In this document: positions 1 through 8,510 of the stretch, in pieces
Layout of the letters: every line of letters begins with the position of its first letter
Position numbering within the stretch: position 1 is the first letter of the stretch
DNA from: Acidobacteriota bacterium
GTDB taxonomy: Bacteria > Acidobacteriota > UBA6911 > RPQK01 > CBDAPI01
Direction of reading: 5' to 3'
DNA length: 64,000 nt
Assembly: GCA_965198355.1 (NCBI GenBank)
Contig: CBDAPI010000016.1
Coordinates: 150,262-214,261 of the forward strand
Program-made: the position numbers and the translations under genes
The notes under the pieces: generated by a model
The model's input: only the letters and a program-made list of their open reading frames with translations
Told to the model about the DNA's origin: nothing
Databases searched by the model: none

Positions 1-576
1 GTCTCCCGTGGCGGCATCGAAGATCAGCAAAGGATGCAGAATGTGGTTTCGGTAATACCCGTGGTAGAAGGCGAACTCCTGTTGGCCGTGAGTGTGGTCG
101 TCGGTACTGTCCAGATCCAGGATGATCTTGGCGGGACGTCTCTTCTTCAGGGAGCGCACATAACGGCGTAGCAGCCACCGGCTCAGACGCATCAGATCCT
201 TCTTGGTGACGGAGTTCTCCAAGCGGGAGAAAGTCGGCTGGGTGGCCAAATCGGGATCGCTCTCGGGCAACTGATCACAGACTGTCTTGAGCATCGGATC
301 CGAGCGCAGCGTATCGGCGTCATTACAGTCTTCGTAGCCGGCCACGATCTGCAACACTCGTTGTCGGATCAACTTCAACAGGTCATGACGAATGTAGCGT
401 CGGTCCCGGCTTTCCGCAATACACGAACTGAAGCCCTCGCACAATCGATGTTGCCGATCCAGGGATCCAAACAACAACCATCCTGCGTCGGAAGTGAGAC
501 TTCCCCCATCAAAACGAGCCGTGATGTTTCTGTGACTGTGAAATGGCAGGGTATTCTGGCAGACTGTTTTTGACAT
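1..576 (-). CDS. IS1380-family DDE transposase, N-terminal portion (partial at window edge), variant start MSKTVCQNTLPFHSHRNITARFDGGSLTSDAGW
   Basis: Reverse-strand translation from ATG at 576 matches the N-terminus of the 445-aa transposases at 11596-12933 etc., with substitutions. Confidence 0.75.
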   Translation of the reverse strand, partial: MSKTVCQNTLPFHSHRNITARFDGGSLTSDAGWLLFGSLDRQHRLCEGFSSCIAESRDRRYIRHDLLKLIRQRVLQIVAGYEDCNDADTLRSDPMLKTVCDQLPESDPDLATQPTFSRLENSVTKKDLMRLSRWLLRRYVRSLKKRRPAKIILDLDSTDDHTHGQQEFAFYHGYYRNHILHPLLIFDAATGD

Positions 577-691
577 TGCCGTAGCTCCTGTTTAGGGTCG
601 TTGTTTCTCTAAACCCTTTTATATCAGAGAGCTACGGCTTTTTTTCTGGACCCAAATCTCACTCGGATTCAGATCTCTTGCATAATCCGGG
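1..691 (-). mobile_element. IS1380-family element, partial and divergent copy (continues beyond left window edge); terminal IR ...TCTTGCATAATCCGGG ends at 691
   Basis: Sequence 1-691 aligns with the other IS1380 copies (e.g. 12360-13047) with scattered SNPs. The same terminal sequence is followed by flank TTAG. Confidence 0.8.
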
Positions 692-1503
692 TTAGGCGTG
701 TCACTCGTCAACTCGATCCAGCCGGGCACGTCAGGGTCGCTCTCGAACAGATCCGTGAGCAGGACAGCTACCTGCTCACCGGCCCCCAGATCCAGAGCAG
801 CCGCGCTGGCATTCTGGGGGGGCGAGGCCATTGGGCTGGAGTCGGGACCGGAGGCTTCATGGTACTCGACAGTCACTTCTGCAGCGCTGGGGCTGGCATT
901 AGTGACAGCGATCCCCCTGATTCCCGCAGCCGGTCCAGCTTCTCCCAATGCATCCACTATGATGGGGTCGACCGCAAACGGCATGGCCAGGTAGTTCTTT
1001 AGATCCTGCCTGCTTAGCGCTGCCATCTTGGTCGGCCTTTCGTTCACCTCGAACTTCTCCAGAAGTTCTTTTGTGTCTTCATCGTAAACAGCAATAAATC
1101 GCCCCGAAGCAGAGTTGTTTGACACATAAATCTTGCCGTTCACCACAGTAATCCCATCCGGACTGGTCAAATCCTGAAAAGCGAAGAAACTGAGCGGGGC
1201 TCCCGTTATTCTGTCTACGACCGCTATCCCTCCGCCATTGCCCCTGTGCGTAACCAGAAGTTCCCCAATTGAGGGGAAAAAGTTGGTTGCACCCAGGTTC
1301 CTGAAATCAAAGGGCTGCAACACGGGCGCTCCGGTCGCAGGGTCAAGAGTGTGAAAACTGGCGTCCTGGCCCATTACCTGGATATTGCCGGTAAACGGGT
1401 CGCGACGCACGGCCGCGATCCCCGGGAAAACAGGGGTTTCAGGTAGGATTTCAAGAAAACCGCCCTGACCATCAAACCGTAACAAGCTCCCATCGGCGCG
1501 ATT
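692..1503 (-). pseudogene. beta-propeller-like secreted-protein gene fragment; its C-terminus is fused to the IS1380 end (...TPNPDYARDLNPSEIWVQ is IS-derived); possibly also 5'-truncated next to IS110
   Basis: The ORF 619-1485 reads straight into the IS terminal repeat. There is an in-frame stop at 1504-1506 just upstream of the first Met and no signal peptide. The C-terminal domain (GIAVTNASP...GWIELTSD) resembles the N-terminal domain of the 8511 protein. Confidence 0.5.
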
Positions 1504-2800
1504 GTCTCCGATTAGCTAGTCAAGTGGCTCGTCAGCGGCCTGTGGGCACAGATGACGTTTTGGATCTCCTTCACCATCATCTTTGGGATGCTGTTTGGAG
1601 GGTTGGCGGCTGGCCTGAGAAAGAGCTTCAGCTAGCGGGACCTTCACCATGATGAGATGGACTCCTCCTTTAGGCTTAGACGGCATCTAAAGTGCCAGAG
1701 CCAAAGTTTTTAACTGTATCAGGAGGAGTCTGAAATGAAGCATAGAACAATCGCAGTGGATTTGGCAAAGTCGGTCTTTGAGATTGGGATTTCCGAGCAG
1801 CCTGGTCGGATGGAGAAGACGCATCGCCTGGGTCGAGCTCGGTTGTTGAGGTTCATGGCCAAGCAACAACGGGCAACGATTCTGATGGAAGCCTGCGGTT
1901 CGGCTCACTACTGGGGCCGGCGATTCCGGGAACTGGGGCACGAAGTTGTGCTGCTGCCGCCAGCCTACGTCCGGCCGTACGTGTTACGCAACAAGACGGA
2001 TCGCAGTGATGTGAAAGGGTTGTTGGAAGCCCACCGCAACAGTGCCATTCGACCGGTTCCGATCAAAAATGAATCGCAGCAGCAGTTGACCGCCTTACAT
2101 CGGGTGCGGACGGCATGGATGCGCACCCGCACGGCACGGATCAATACGATGCGGGGCATTCTACGGGAATTCGGTTTGACGATTCCCGTTGGAGCCTGCC
2201 AGGCCGTGGAGCGGGTGCGAGGATGGATCGAAGATGCAGAAGTGGAGATTCCGAATGGGATCCGATCGGTGCTGGAGGAGATCTGTCTGGAAGTCAGAGA
2301 GCTGGAGGGGCGAATCGATCGGATCGAAAGGAAACTGAAAGCGCTATCGCGACAGAGTGTTGCGATTGAACAACTGCAGTCGATCCCCGGGGTGGGATTG
2401 CTGACAGCCACAGCGGTGGCCGGTTTTGTGGGAGATCTGAGGCGCTTTGATTCGGGACGACACTTTGCCAGTTATCTGGGCTTGACACCGCGGGAGCACT
2501 CCAGCGGTCTGCGGCGTCGACTCGGGTGCATCAGCAAGCAAGGGGACATCTATTTGCGCACTCTCTTGATCCACGGTGGGCGATCGGTCTTGTGGACGGC
2601 CAAGTCCAAGCAGCGGCCAGACCGTTTGCACAGGTGGGGTTTGGAGATTGAAAAACGACGGGGGCACAACAAAGCGGCAGTGGCTGTGGCCAATAAGCTG
2701 GCCCGTCTACTCTGGGCCGTTTCCACCCGTGACGCCGCCTATGAACCCCAGCGAGCTTAAGCGATAAAAGATTTGTCAAGATCTTTCCCTGGGAACTGCA
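1500..2800 (+). mobile_element. IS110-family insertion sequence (boundaries approximate; single copy, no inverted repeats expected)
   Basis: Contains an IS110-type transposase. It is flanked on the left by a truncated gene fragment. The ends cannot be defined from one copy. Confidence 0.3.
1735..2760 (+). CDS. IS110-family (DEDD) transposase
   Basis: 341 aa. N-terminal IAVDLAKSVFE..., C-terminal LQSIPGVGLLTATAVAGFVGDLRRFDSGRHFASYLGLTPREHSSG motif typical of the IS110/IS116/IS902 family. RBS AGGAGGAG upstream. Confidence 0.9.
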   Translation: MKHRTIAVDLAKSVFEIGISEQPGRMEKTHRLGRARLLRFMAKQQRATILMEACGSAHYWGRRFRELGHEVVLLPPAYVRPYVLRNKTDRSDVKGLLEAHRNSAIRPVPIKNESQQQLTALHRVRTAWMRTRTARINTMRGILREFGLTIPVGACQAVERVRGWIEDAEVEIPNGIRSVLEEICLEVRELEGRIDRIERKLKALSRQSVAIEQLQSIPGVGLLTATAVAGFVGDLRRFDSGRHFASYLGLTPREHSSGLRRRLGCISKQGDIYLRTLLIHGGRSVLWTAKSKQRPDRLHRWGLEIEKRRGHNKAAVAVANKLARLLWAVSTRDAAYEPQRA

Positions 2801-3311
2801 TGAAAGGATTCGAACTGATGGCGAACCGGTCAGACCGGCGCGGGGAACACGCCGATAGCAGCCTTGGCCACTCGATGGCCGTCACCACGATAGGCGCCCC
2901 ACGCGCGAATATTCATCATGGCCCGGAGCCAGAACACAGCTCCACTAAGAGGCCGGAGATACGACTGCAGTCCACACCGAATCGCAAAAAGTCGATGCTT
3001 TCATGCCAGAGACCCAAGGAGGAGAAGATGATCCGATAGCGATTCTGGACCTGCAGCGAAACTCCTGGCTTCAACCCAGCATCCGAGTTTCGTCGCCAGG
3101 GCCCAGATCAGCTGAATTCGAAAAAATGAACAGGACCCTTGACAGGAGGAGTCCAGATACGGGCTGCTAGATGGCTTGTGCCAGATTTGTGCCAGATTCC
3201 ATGGTGAATTCAGCCTAATTTGGAAATTTGGCCGGGTGGGAGAAGGTCATGATCTGGCAGTGGGACCACCGATAAGTCCTTCGAAATCATCTAACTACAA
3301 TGAAATCAGGC

Positions 3312-3387
3312 TGGTAGCCCCAAGGGGATTCGAACCCCTGTTTCCGGCGTGAGAGGCCAGTGTCCTAGTCCCCTAGACGATGGGGCC
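3312..3387 (-). tRNA. tRNA-Glu (anticodon CUC)
   Basis: Reverse complement GGCCCCATCGTCTAGGGGACTAGGACACTGGCCTCTCACGCCGGAAACAGGGGTTCGAATCCCCTTGGGGCTACCA folds as a cloverleaf (7-bp acceptor, TTCGAAT T-loop, anticodon loop CTCTCAC). It closely resembles bacterial tRNA-Glu. Confidence 0.85.
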
Positions 3388-3547
3388 ACCTGAAGAGTCC
3401 GGCCGTTCATTCAACCGGATACCCGGAGGATTTGTCAAGGACTCGCGAACCACAAGCCAGCAACCGGCAGCGGTACCTTCGACAGCGAGTGCCATAGCCA
3501 GAACCCAGAACCTAGAACCTGGAACCCTGTCCAACTATACTGCCCCC

Positions 3548-5392
3548 ATGGGGCGGGTGCGCGTTCTTTCCGATGTTCTGGCTCACAAGATTGCAGCCGG
3601 AGAAATCGTCGATCGCCCGGCTTCGGTGGTCAAGGAGCTCGTCGAGAACTCGCTCGACGCAGAAGCAACCCGAGTCATCGTCAGGATCGAGAACGGAGGA
3701 AAACGCCTGATTTCGGTTCTCGACGATGGTTTTGGTATGTCGATCGAGGACGCAAAGACCGCCTTTCTCCATCACGCCACCAGCAAGATCAGCACCTTTG
3801 AGGATCTGACCCGGATTTCAACGCTGGGTTTTCGGGGCGAAGCCCTTCCCTCCATAGCGGCTGTCTCGCGACTCACGCTGCAGACCATCGAGCGCAGCGA
3901 CGGTGATGACCCCGAACCTGGATTCGAGCTGTCCTTCGAAGGAGGAAAAGTCGTTGGAAGCCGCGAAATTGCCTGGCCGGAGGGGACTCTGGTTGAGGTC
4001 CGCGAACTCTTCTACAACGTCCCAGCGCGACAGAAGTTCATGAAGTCGATCGCCACTGAACTCCAGCACATCAGCAAGCAGGTGACCCATTACGCTCTGG
4101 CCTATCCGGATGTCGAGTTTCAGCTGCATCACCAGCAACGCCCGCTGATCGAAGCGCCCGGCGTGAAGTCCCTGGAAGACCGCGTCTATCAGATACTGGG
4201 CGAGTCATTTCTCGAGAACCTGGTGGCAGTTGATTATGAACGGGAGGGCGTGCGGATCAAGGGATACACTTCCCTTCCCCACGAACAGAGAAGCACGGCC
4301 AGGGCGCAATACCTTTTCGTCAACCGCAGAGTCATCCGCGACCGGGTGATGGGCCACGCCATTCGATTCGCCTATCAAGACCTCATCCCTTCGTCGTCGC
4401 ATCCCGTGGTTCTCCTCTTCCTGGAAATCGACCCTGCCCAAGTCGATGTCAATGTTCATCCCAACAAGACGGAAATCCGCTTTCGGGACTCGCGTCGTGT
4501 CCACCGCTGCATTCACCACGCTCTGGAAGAGTCCCTGCTGCGCCCCCGGGAAACCCTGGGAGATCTGGCCCGCGACATCCCCCTGGACCATCTCCGTACT
4601 CAGACCCTCCCCGGCCACCAGCAAAACGTCGCCCGCAGCATTGAGAAGTTCTTTCATCGCCATCCCGACAGCTCGCTCGGCTTCAGGGAGTTTCGAGGCT
4701 ATCCCGGGGACACCGGCCCGGTTGCAGGCGCTACATCTAAACGGGTTTCAGGAGAAGATCCGCACCGATTCAACATTCCTGAAACAGCCGACTTGAGTCC
4801 TCTTCCAGTGGTCCTGGGTCAGTTCGTGGAGAGTTTCGTTGTCGTCTCGGATCGAGAGGGCGTCATGCTCATCGACCAGCACGTAGCTCACGAGCGAATC
4901 CTCTTCGATCAGGCTCTGAGGACGATGTCGGCCGGTCAGAAGGTGCCGACCCAGCGCATGCTCATGCCCCAGACAGTTGAACTGACAGCCGAGCAGACGA
5001 CCTTGCTCGAACCCCTGCTGGAGCACCTCAACTCGAACGGATTCGAAGTGGAATGGTTTGGTGAAAAAACGATCGTCTTGAAAGGCGTCCCGAGTATCGC
5101 CAGGGACTGCCGTGAGCTTCCCAGGCTCATCGAGGAGATCATCGCCAGCGTGGATGTCGATCCCTCCGCAACCGCCAGCGGCGCCGAGGTCCAACGGCTG
5201 CGCGAGAAGATTGCCATCAGTGTTTCCTGCCGTTCCGCCATCAAGATCAACACTCCCCTCTCGCCCGAGAAGATGCGTTGGCTGGTGGATGAGTTGTTTC
5301 GCTGTGAGAACCCCTACACCTGCCCGCACGGCCGCCCCATCACCCTGCGCATGAACATCGAAGATGTGTTGCGCGGGTTCAAGAGAATCTAG
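3548..5392 (+). CDS. mutL: DNA mismatch repair protein MutL
   Basis: GHKL ATPase motifs (AAGEIVDRPASVVKELVENSLDA, LDDGFGM, TLGFRGEAL) and a C-terminal dimerisation domain. Start chosen at MGRVRVL; the longer ORF from 3380 overlaps the tRNA. Confidence 0.9.
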   Translation: MGRVRVLSDVLAHKIAAGEIVDRPASVVKELVENSLDAEATRVIVRIENGGKRLISVLDDGFGMSIEDAKTAFLHHATSKISTFEDLTRISTLGFRGEALPSIAAVSRLTLQTIERSDGDDPEPGFELSFEGGKVVGSREIAWPEGTLVEVRELFYNVPARQKFMKSIATELQHISKQVTHYALAYPDVEFQLHHQQRPLIEAPGVKSLEDRVYQILGESFLENLVAVDYEREGVRIKGYTSLPHEQRSTARAQYLFVNRRVIRDRVMGHAIRFAYQDLIPSSSHPVVLLFLEIDPAQVDVNVHPNKTEIRFRDSRRVHRCIHHALEESLLRPRETLGDLARDIPLDHLRTQTLPGHQQNVARSIEKFFHRHPDSSLGFREFRGYPGDTGPVAGATSKRVSGEDPHRFNIPETADLSPLPVVLGQFVESFVVVSDREGVMLIDQHVAHERILFDQALRTMSAGQKVPTQRMLMPQTVELTAEQTTLLEPLLEHLNSNGFEVEWFGEKTIVLKGVPSIARDCRELPRLIEEIIASVDVDPSATASGAEVQRLREKIAISVSCRSAIKINTPLSPEKMRWLVDELFRCENPYTCPHGRPITLRMNIEDVLRGFKRI

Positions 5393-6100
5393 CAGCCCGC
5401 AGTGGGCTCTCTCCCAGATCGCAGACGGAAAGGCGACCAAGATCTTCCTGCCCCTGGAGACATCCGGGGTTCTGGGAAGCATTGGAGCCATGGGCGAGTT
5501 GTTCACCGATCAGCCGGGATCCGAGCCTGAGATGGAGTGACCTGGATCCGCGGTTTCTTGTTGGCCGGCGAAAGTCAGGCGCGTCTGTCGAATCTGAGAA
5601 TCAACTCGGATCTATAGTGACAGAGATAGTCGAGGAAAACGGCCAAAAAGAATGTATTCGCCAACATCTCGATAAATTCTTCGATCGCCAAAGGGCCAGC
5701 AGACCCCAACCGAAGTTATCGAACTTGGTTGCACCGCCCCTCCGAACTATGACGAAAATCGACCACAAGATCAGGCCGACCAATGCCGTTTGCATCGTTC
5801 CCCACCAGGAGGCCAGCCCATCCTCGCGGGCAATATTGCTCATCCGGCGAATCGGCCCGATATCAATCCCATGGCCGTAGTTGATGAAGGCATCGAGAAA
5901 GAACAGAAAACTTCAAAGGAAGCGCAGAAAATAACGACATTTCTGATCAATCGAAGGGAGTCGATCGGTATTTCGAGAGAATCGATCGGCTGGCCGCTTT
6001 TCTCTTGACCGTCGGCATTTTTCTGCATGGCGATATTAGGCCAGTATTCCCGTCAGGAATGCAAATTCTACCTATCCCAGCAACTTCGGAGTCGTTTTTC

Positions 6101-7190
6101 CTAGGACTGGAGGGCATCCAGCCCCACGACGAGAGCCGCAATCAAGGCCAGGGTGGCCACCAGCGCCACAATCTTCCACCAACTCTTCGGGTACTTCCCT
6201 GCCATCCGGCCCGTGTAGCCGTTGACGACGACCTGGAACTTGCGCGAGCCATAGTCGTAGTTGAGTAACCACACCGGCACGAGTACGTGCTTGAAGGTTT
6301 CGGACGAGTAGCTGGGACGAATGGTGAGATTGCGGTGGGTGTCGGCATGGATTGCGCCGGCAGCCATCCTCTTTAGATTGGCCCGCATCGACTCGCGGGC
6401 CAGCTTGACAGCTTCGATCAAGACGATCTGGTAGTGCTCAACCACGAAACCGGACAGGTAAGCAGTGTCGTAGGGAACCACGTGAGAGGTGGGGAACGGT
6501 TCCACGCCTCGCAGTAGATCGATTTCGATCCCGCGGGTCCCCGGCACTGGAGTGTCGTCGAAGAAGTGTTCGATGACGCCGTTGACATGTTCCCAGCGGA
6601 CGCGCCGAACGCGTTGCTTGTTGATCGTCACGTAGTAGTAGTGACCGGCATCCGCCGACCACGGACAATACACATTCGTATCGAACGTCCAGTAGGGAAT
6701 GTAGAATCCGTGTAGGGTATCCATCAGAGCCCGGCTCTTCAGCGCATTGGGCGCAAACCAGCGACCCCGGTACCAGGCGCGAATGGACTCCCTGACCTGT
6801 GATTCGGTGATTTTGAAGGGAAGAAGGCTGCTGGGGCGAATCGGAGGCTTTAGTTAGCTCCTCGTAGTCAACCATCTCGGGAGAGCCGCAGAATTCACAA
6901 TTCTGCCCGACCCGCTCCGGGTCAAAGACACTCACGGCGCGGCAGCTACGACATCGCACCGCTCGCCTCTCCACACTCCAGCCCCGCTTCTCTTCGGGAA
7001 GTTCCCGGAGTGTCTTGACCAGATCTATTTCGTGAATCGCTCCGCTCTCGAGGTCGACCTCGTAGGGTGCTTCGGTCCCGCAGTAGGGACAGATCAGGCG
7101 CTGCTCGCCGGGATTCCATTCCGCCCGGGCTCCGCAAGCTGGACAGGCATGTTTTTCGAGAGCAGTCAGTTCAGGCGTCTGATTAGACAT
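6101..7190 (-). CDS. double zinc-ribbon protein with C-terminal transmembrane anchor (partner of the SPFH protein); reading frame switches near 6845-6862 (frameshift or pseudogene)
   Basis: The N-terminal part (frame of ORF 6438-7235) has CPACG...CPYCG and CRSC...CEFCG motifs. Downstream, the protein-like sequence continues in the other frame (ORF 6101-6724: ...YIPYWTFDTNVYCPW... ending in a TM helix). The first frame decays into R/S-rich nonsense after ELTKA. Confidence 0.55.
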
Positions 7191-7265
7191 CGATCCCAGC
7201 CAGGCTCCCTGCCCCCGACCAAGCTCAACAGACACGGTTCAGGGGGGAGAAGCTCGTGCCTATTG

Positions 7266-8357
7266 CTAGTCAGCCAGATACGACTCCAGTGCAGACCGCT
7301 TGATCCGGTAGGAAGAGCCGATTTTCTTGGCCGCAAGTTCTCCTGATTCAATGATACTCAGAACATCGTCACCGGAGACTCGCAGGGCCGCAGCCACCTG
7401 GTCCAGGTCGAGTAGTTCGGGAAGGGCCGATTCGCTTTCCCGGGATGGCGCCCCGGCCGACGGCTGGACTCCGCCACCACCCGGTGTCGTGGGTTGAGAC
7501 CCCAGAATGCCGCCGCCCTGCTGCATCATCTGCTGGGCAATGGCCAGCCCGACCGCCATCTCGGTGGCCAGGCCTCCAGCGCCACCGTCACCTGATTCCA
7601 TTCCCTGCGCCATCTGGTATTTGACGTAGTCATTGAGATCCCCGACGGCCGTCATGCTGGCCCGTTTATCCATAGCTTCTTCCACTTCGGGTGGAACCGA
7701 AACGTTCTCGACGATGAAGCTGGCAATCTCAATCCCGTACTTCGTCGACATCATGGGATTGATCAGGGGAAGAAGGGCGTCCCCCAGCTCCGTGAAGCGG
7801 GTTGCGGCATCCAGTACCGGCACGTTGGCTGTGGCCAGTGCATCACTAAAGACGCTGACTAGGCGCGAGCGCATCGTGTCGGAGAACTCGTCCAGTCGAA
7901 AATTGTGATCCGACCCCGCTACTTCACCTAGAAACAGTTTCACGTCAGTGACCCGGAAATCGTAGGTGCCGAAAGCTCTGACCCGGACAATTCCAAAATC
8001 CTTATCTCTCATCATTACCGGGTTCGATGTACCCCACTTGTTGCCCGTAAAGAGCCGGCTGTTGACGAAATAAAGATCCGCTTTGAAGGGTGACTCCAGG
8101 CCGAACTTCCAGGATTTCAGCCGAGTCAGAATCGGGATGTTGTCGGTGGTGAGAGTGTGCTTGCCCGGTCCAAAGGTGTCGCCGAATTCGCCCAAGTAGA
8201 CAAACTGGGCAAACTGGGACTCACGGACAATGAGGGCAGCGCCATTCTTGATCGCTTTGTCCTCGTCGGGGAAACGCCAGGACAGAGTGTCTCTCGAATC
8301 ATCCTGCCACTCGATGATTTCAATCAGTTCGCCTTTTAAGAAGTCCCAAATAGCCAT
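7266..8357 (-). CDS. SPFH/band-7 domain protein of the COG4260 (B. subtilis YdjI-like) type, fused to a C-terminal excisionase-type helix-turn-helix
   Basis: 363 aa. The MAIWDFLKGELIEIIEW...IVRESQ N-terminus is typical of the family. The C-terminal LDLDQVAAALRVSGDDVLSIIESGELAAKKIGSSYRIKRSALESYL resembles an excisionase/MerR-type HTH. Confidence 0.8.
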   Translation of the reverse strand: MAIWDFLKGELIEIIEWQDDSRDTLSWRFPDEDKAIKNGAALIVRESQFAQFVYLGEFGDTFGPGKHTLTTDNIPILTRLKSWKFGLESPFKADLYFVNSRLFTGNKWGTSNPVMMRDKDFGIVRVRAFGTYDFRVTDVKLFLGEVAGSDHNFRLDEFSDTMRSRLVSVFSDALATANVPVLDAATRFTELGDALLPLINPMMSTKYGIEIASFIVENVSVPPEVEEAMDKRASMTAVGDLNDYVKYQMAQGMESGDGGAGGLATEMAVGLAIAQQMMQQGGGILGSQPTTPGGGGVQPSAGAPSRESESALPELLDLDQVAAALRVSGDDVLSIIESGELAAKKIGSSYRIKRSALESYLAD

Positions 8358-8510
8358 GCTTTGCCCTCAATCAGAGTGATTCATCTCGTAATACTGCGTC
8401 TCCCAGGATTCTATTCTTTCAAGGCGAGGTCTTCCAGAAACTTCAGAGTCCCAAGCTTGCAAAACCAAGCTTTACTTTCGCCAGCGTTCGCAATATAAGC
8501 TCTCATCACA

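Noticed and set aside
3176-3198. TGGCAC-N5-TGGCA as a functional sigma-54 promoter
   Set aside because: The -12 element is imperfect. At both loci the motif points away from, or antisense to, the nearest plausible target genes. Kept only as an unexplained shared motif.
4748-5506. 252-aa ORF antisense to mutL
   Set aside because: Long antisense ORFs are expected in ~60% GC DNA. The sense strand has unambiguous MutL motifs. The antisense product is R/G/A-rich with no domain-like segments. The same reasoning applies to 8514-9275, 13248-13880, 13550-14083, 15222-15884, 16880-17578, 22019-22768, 29539-30645, 30661-31443, 38221-38850, 46439-47353, 48761-49444, 49992-50873, 51701-52594 and 54787-55515.
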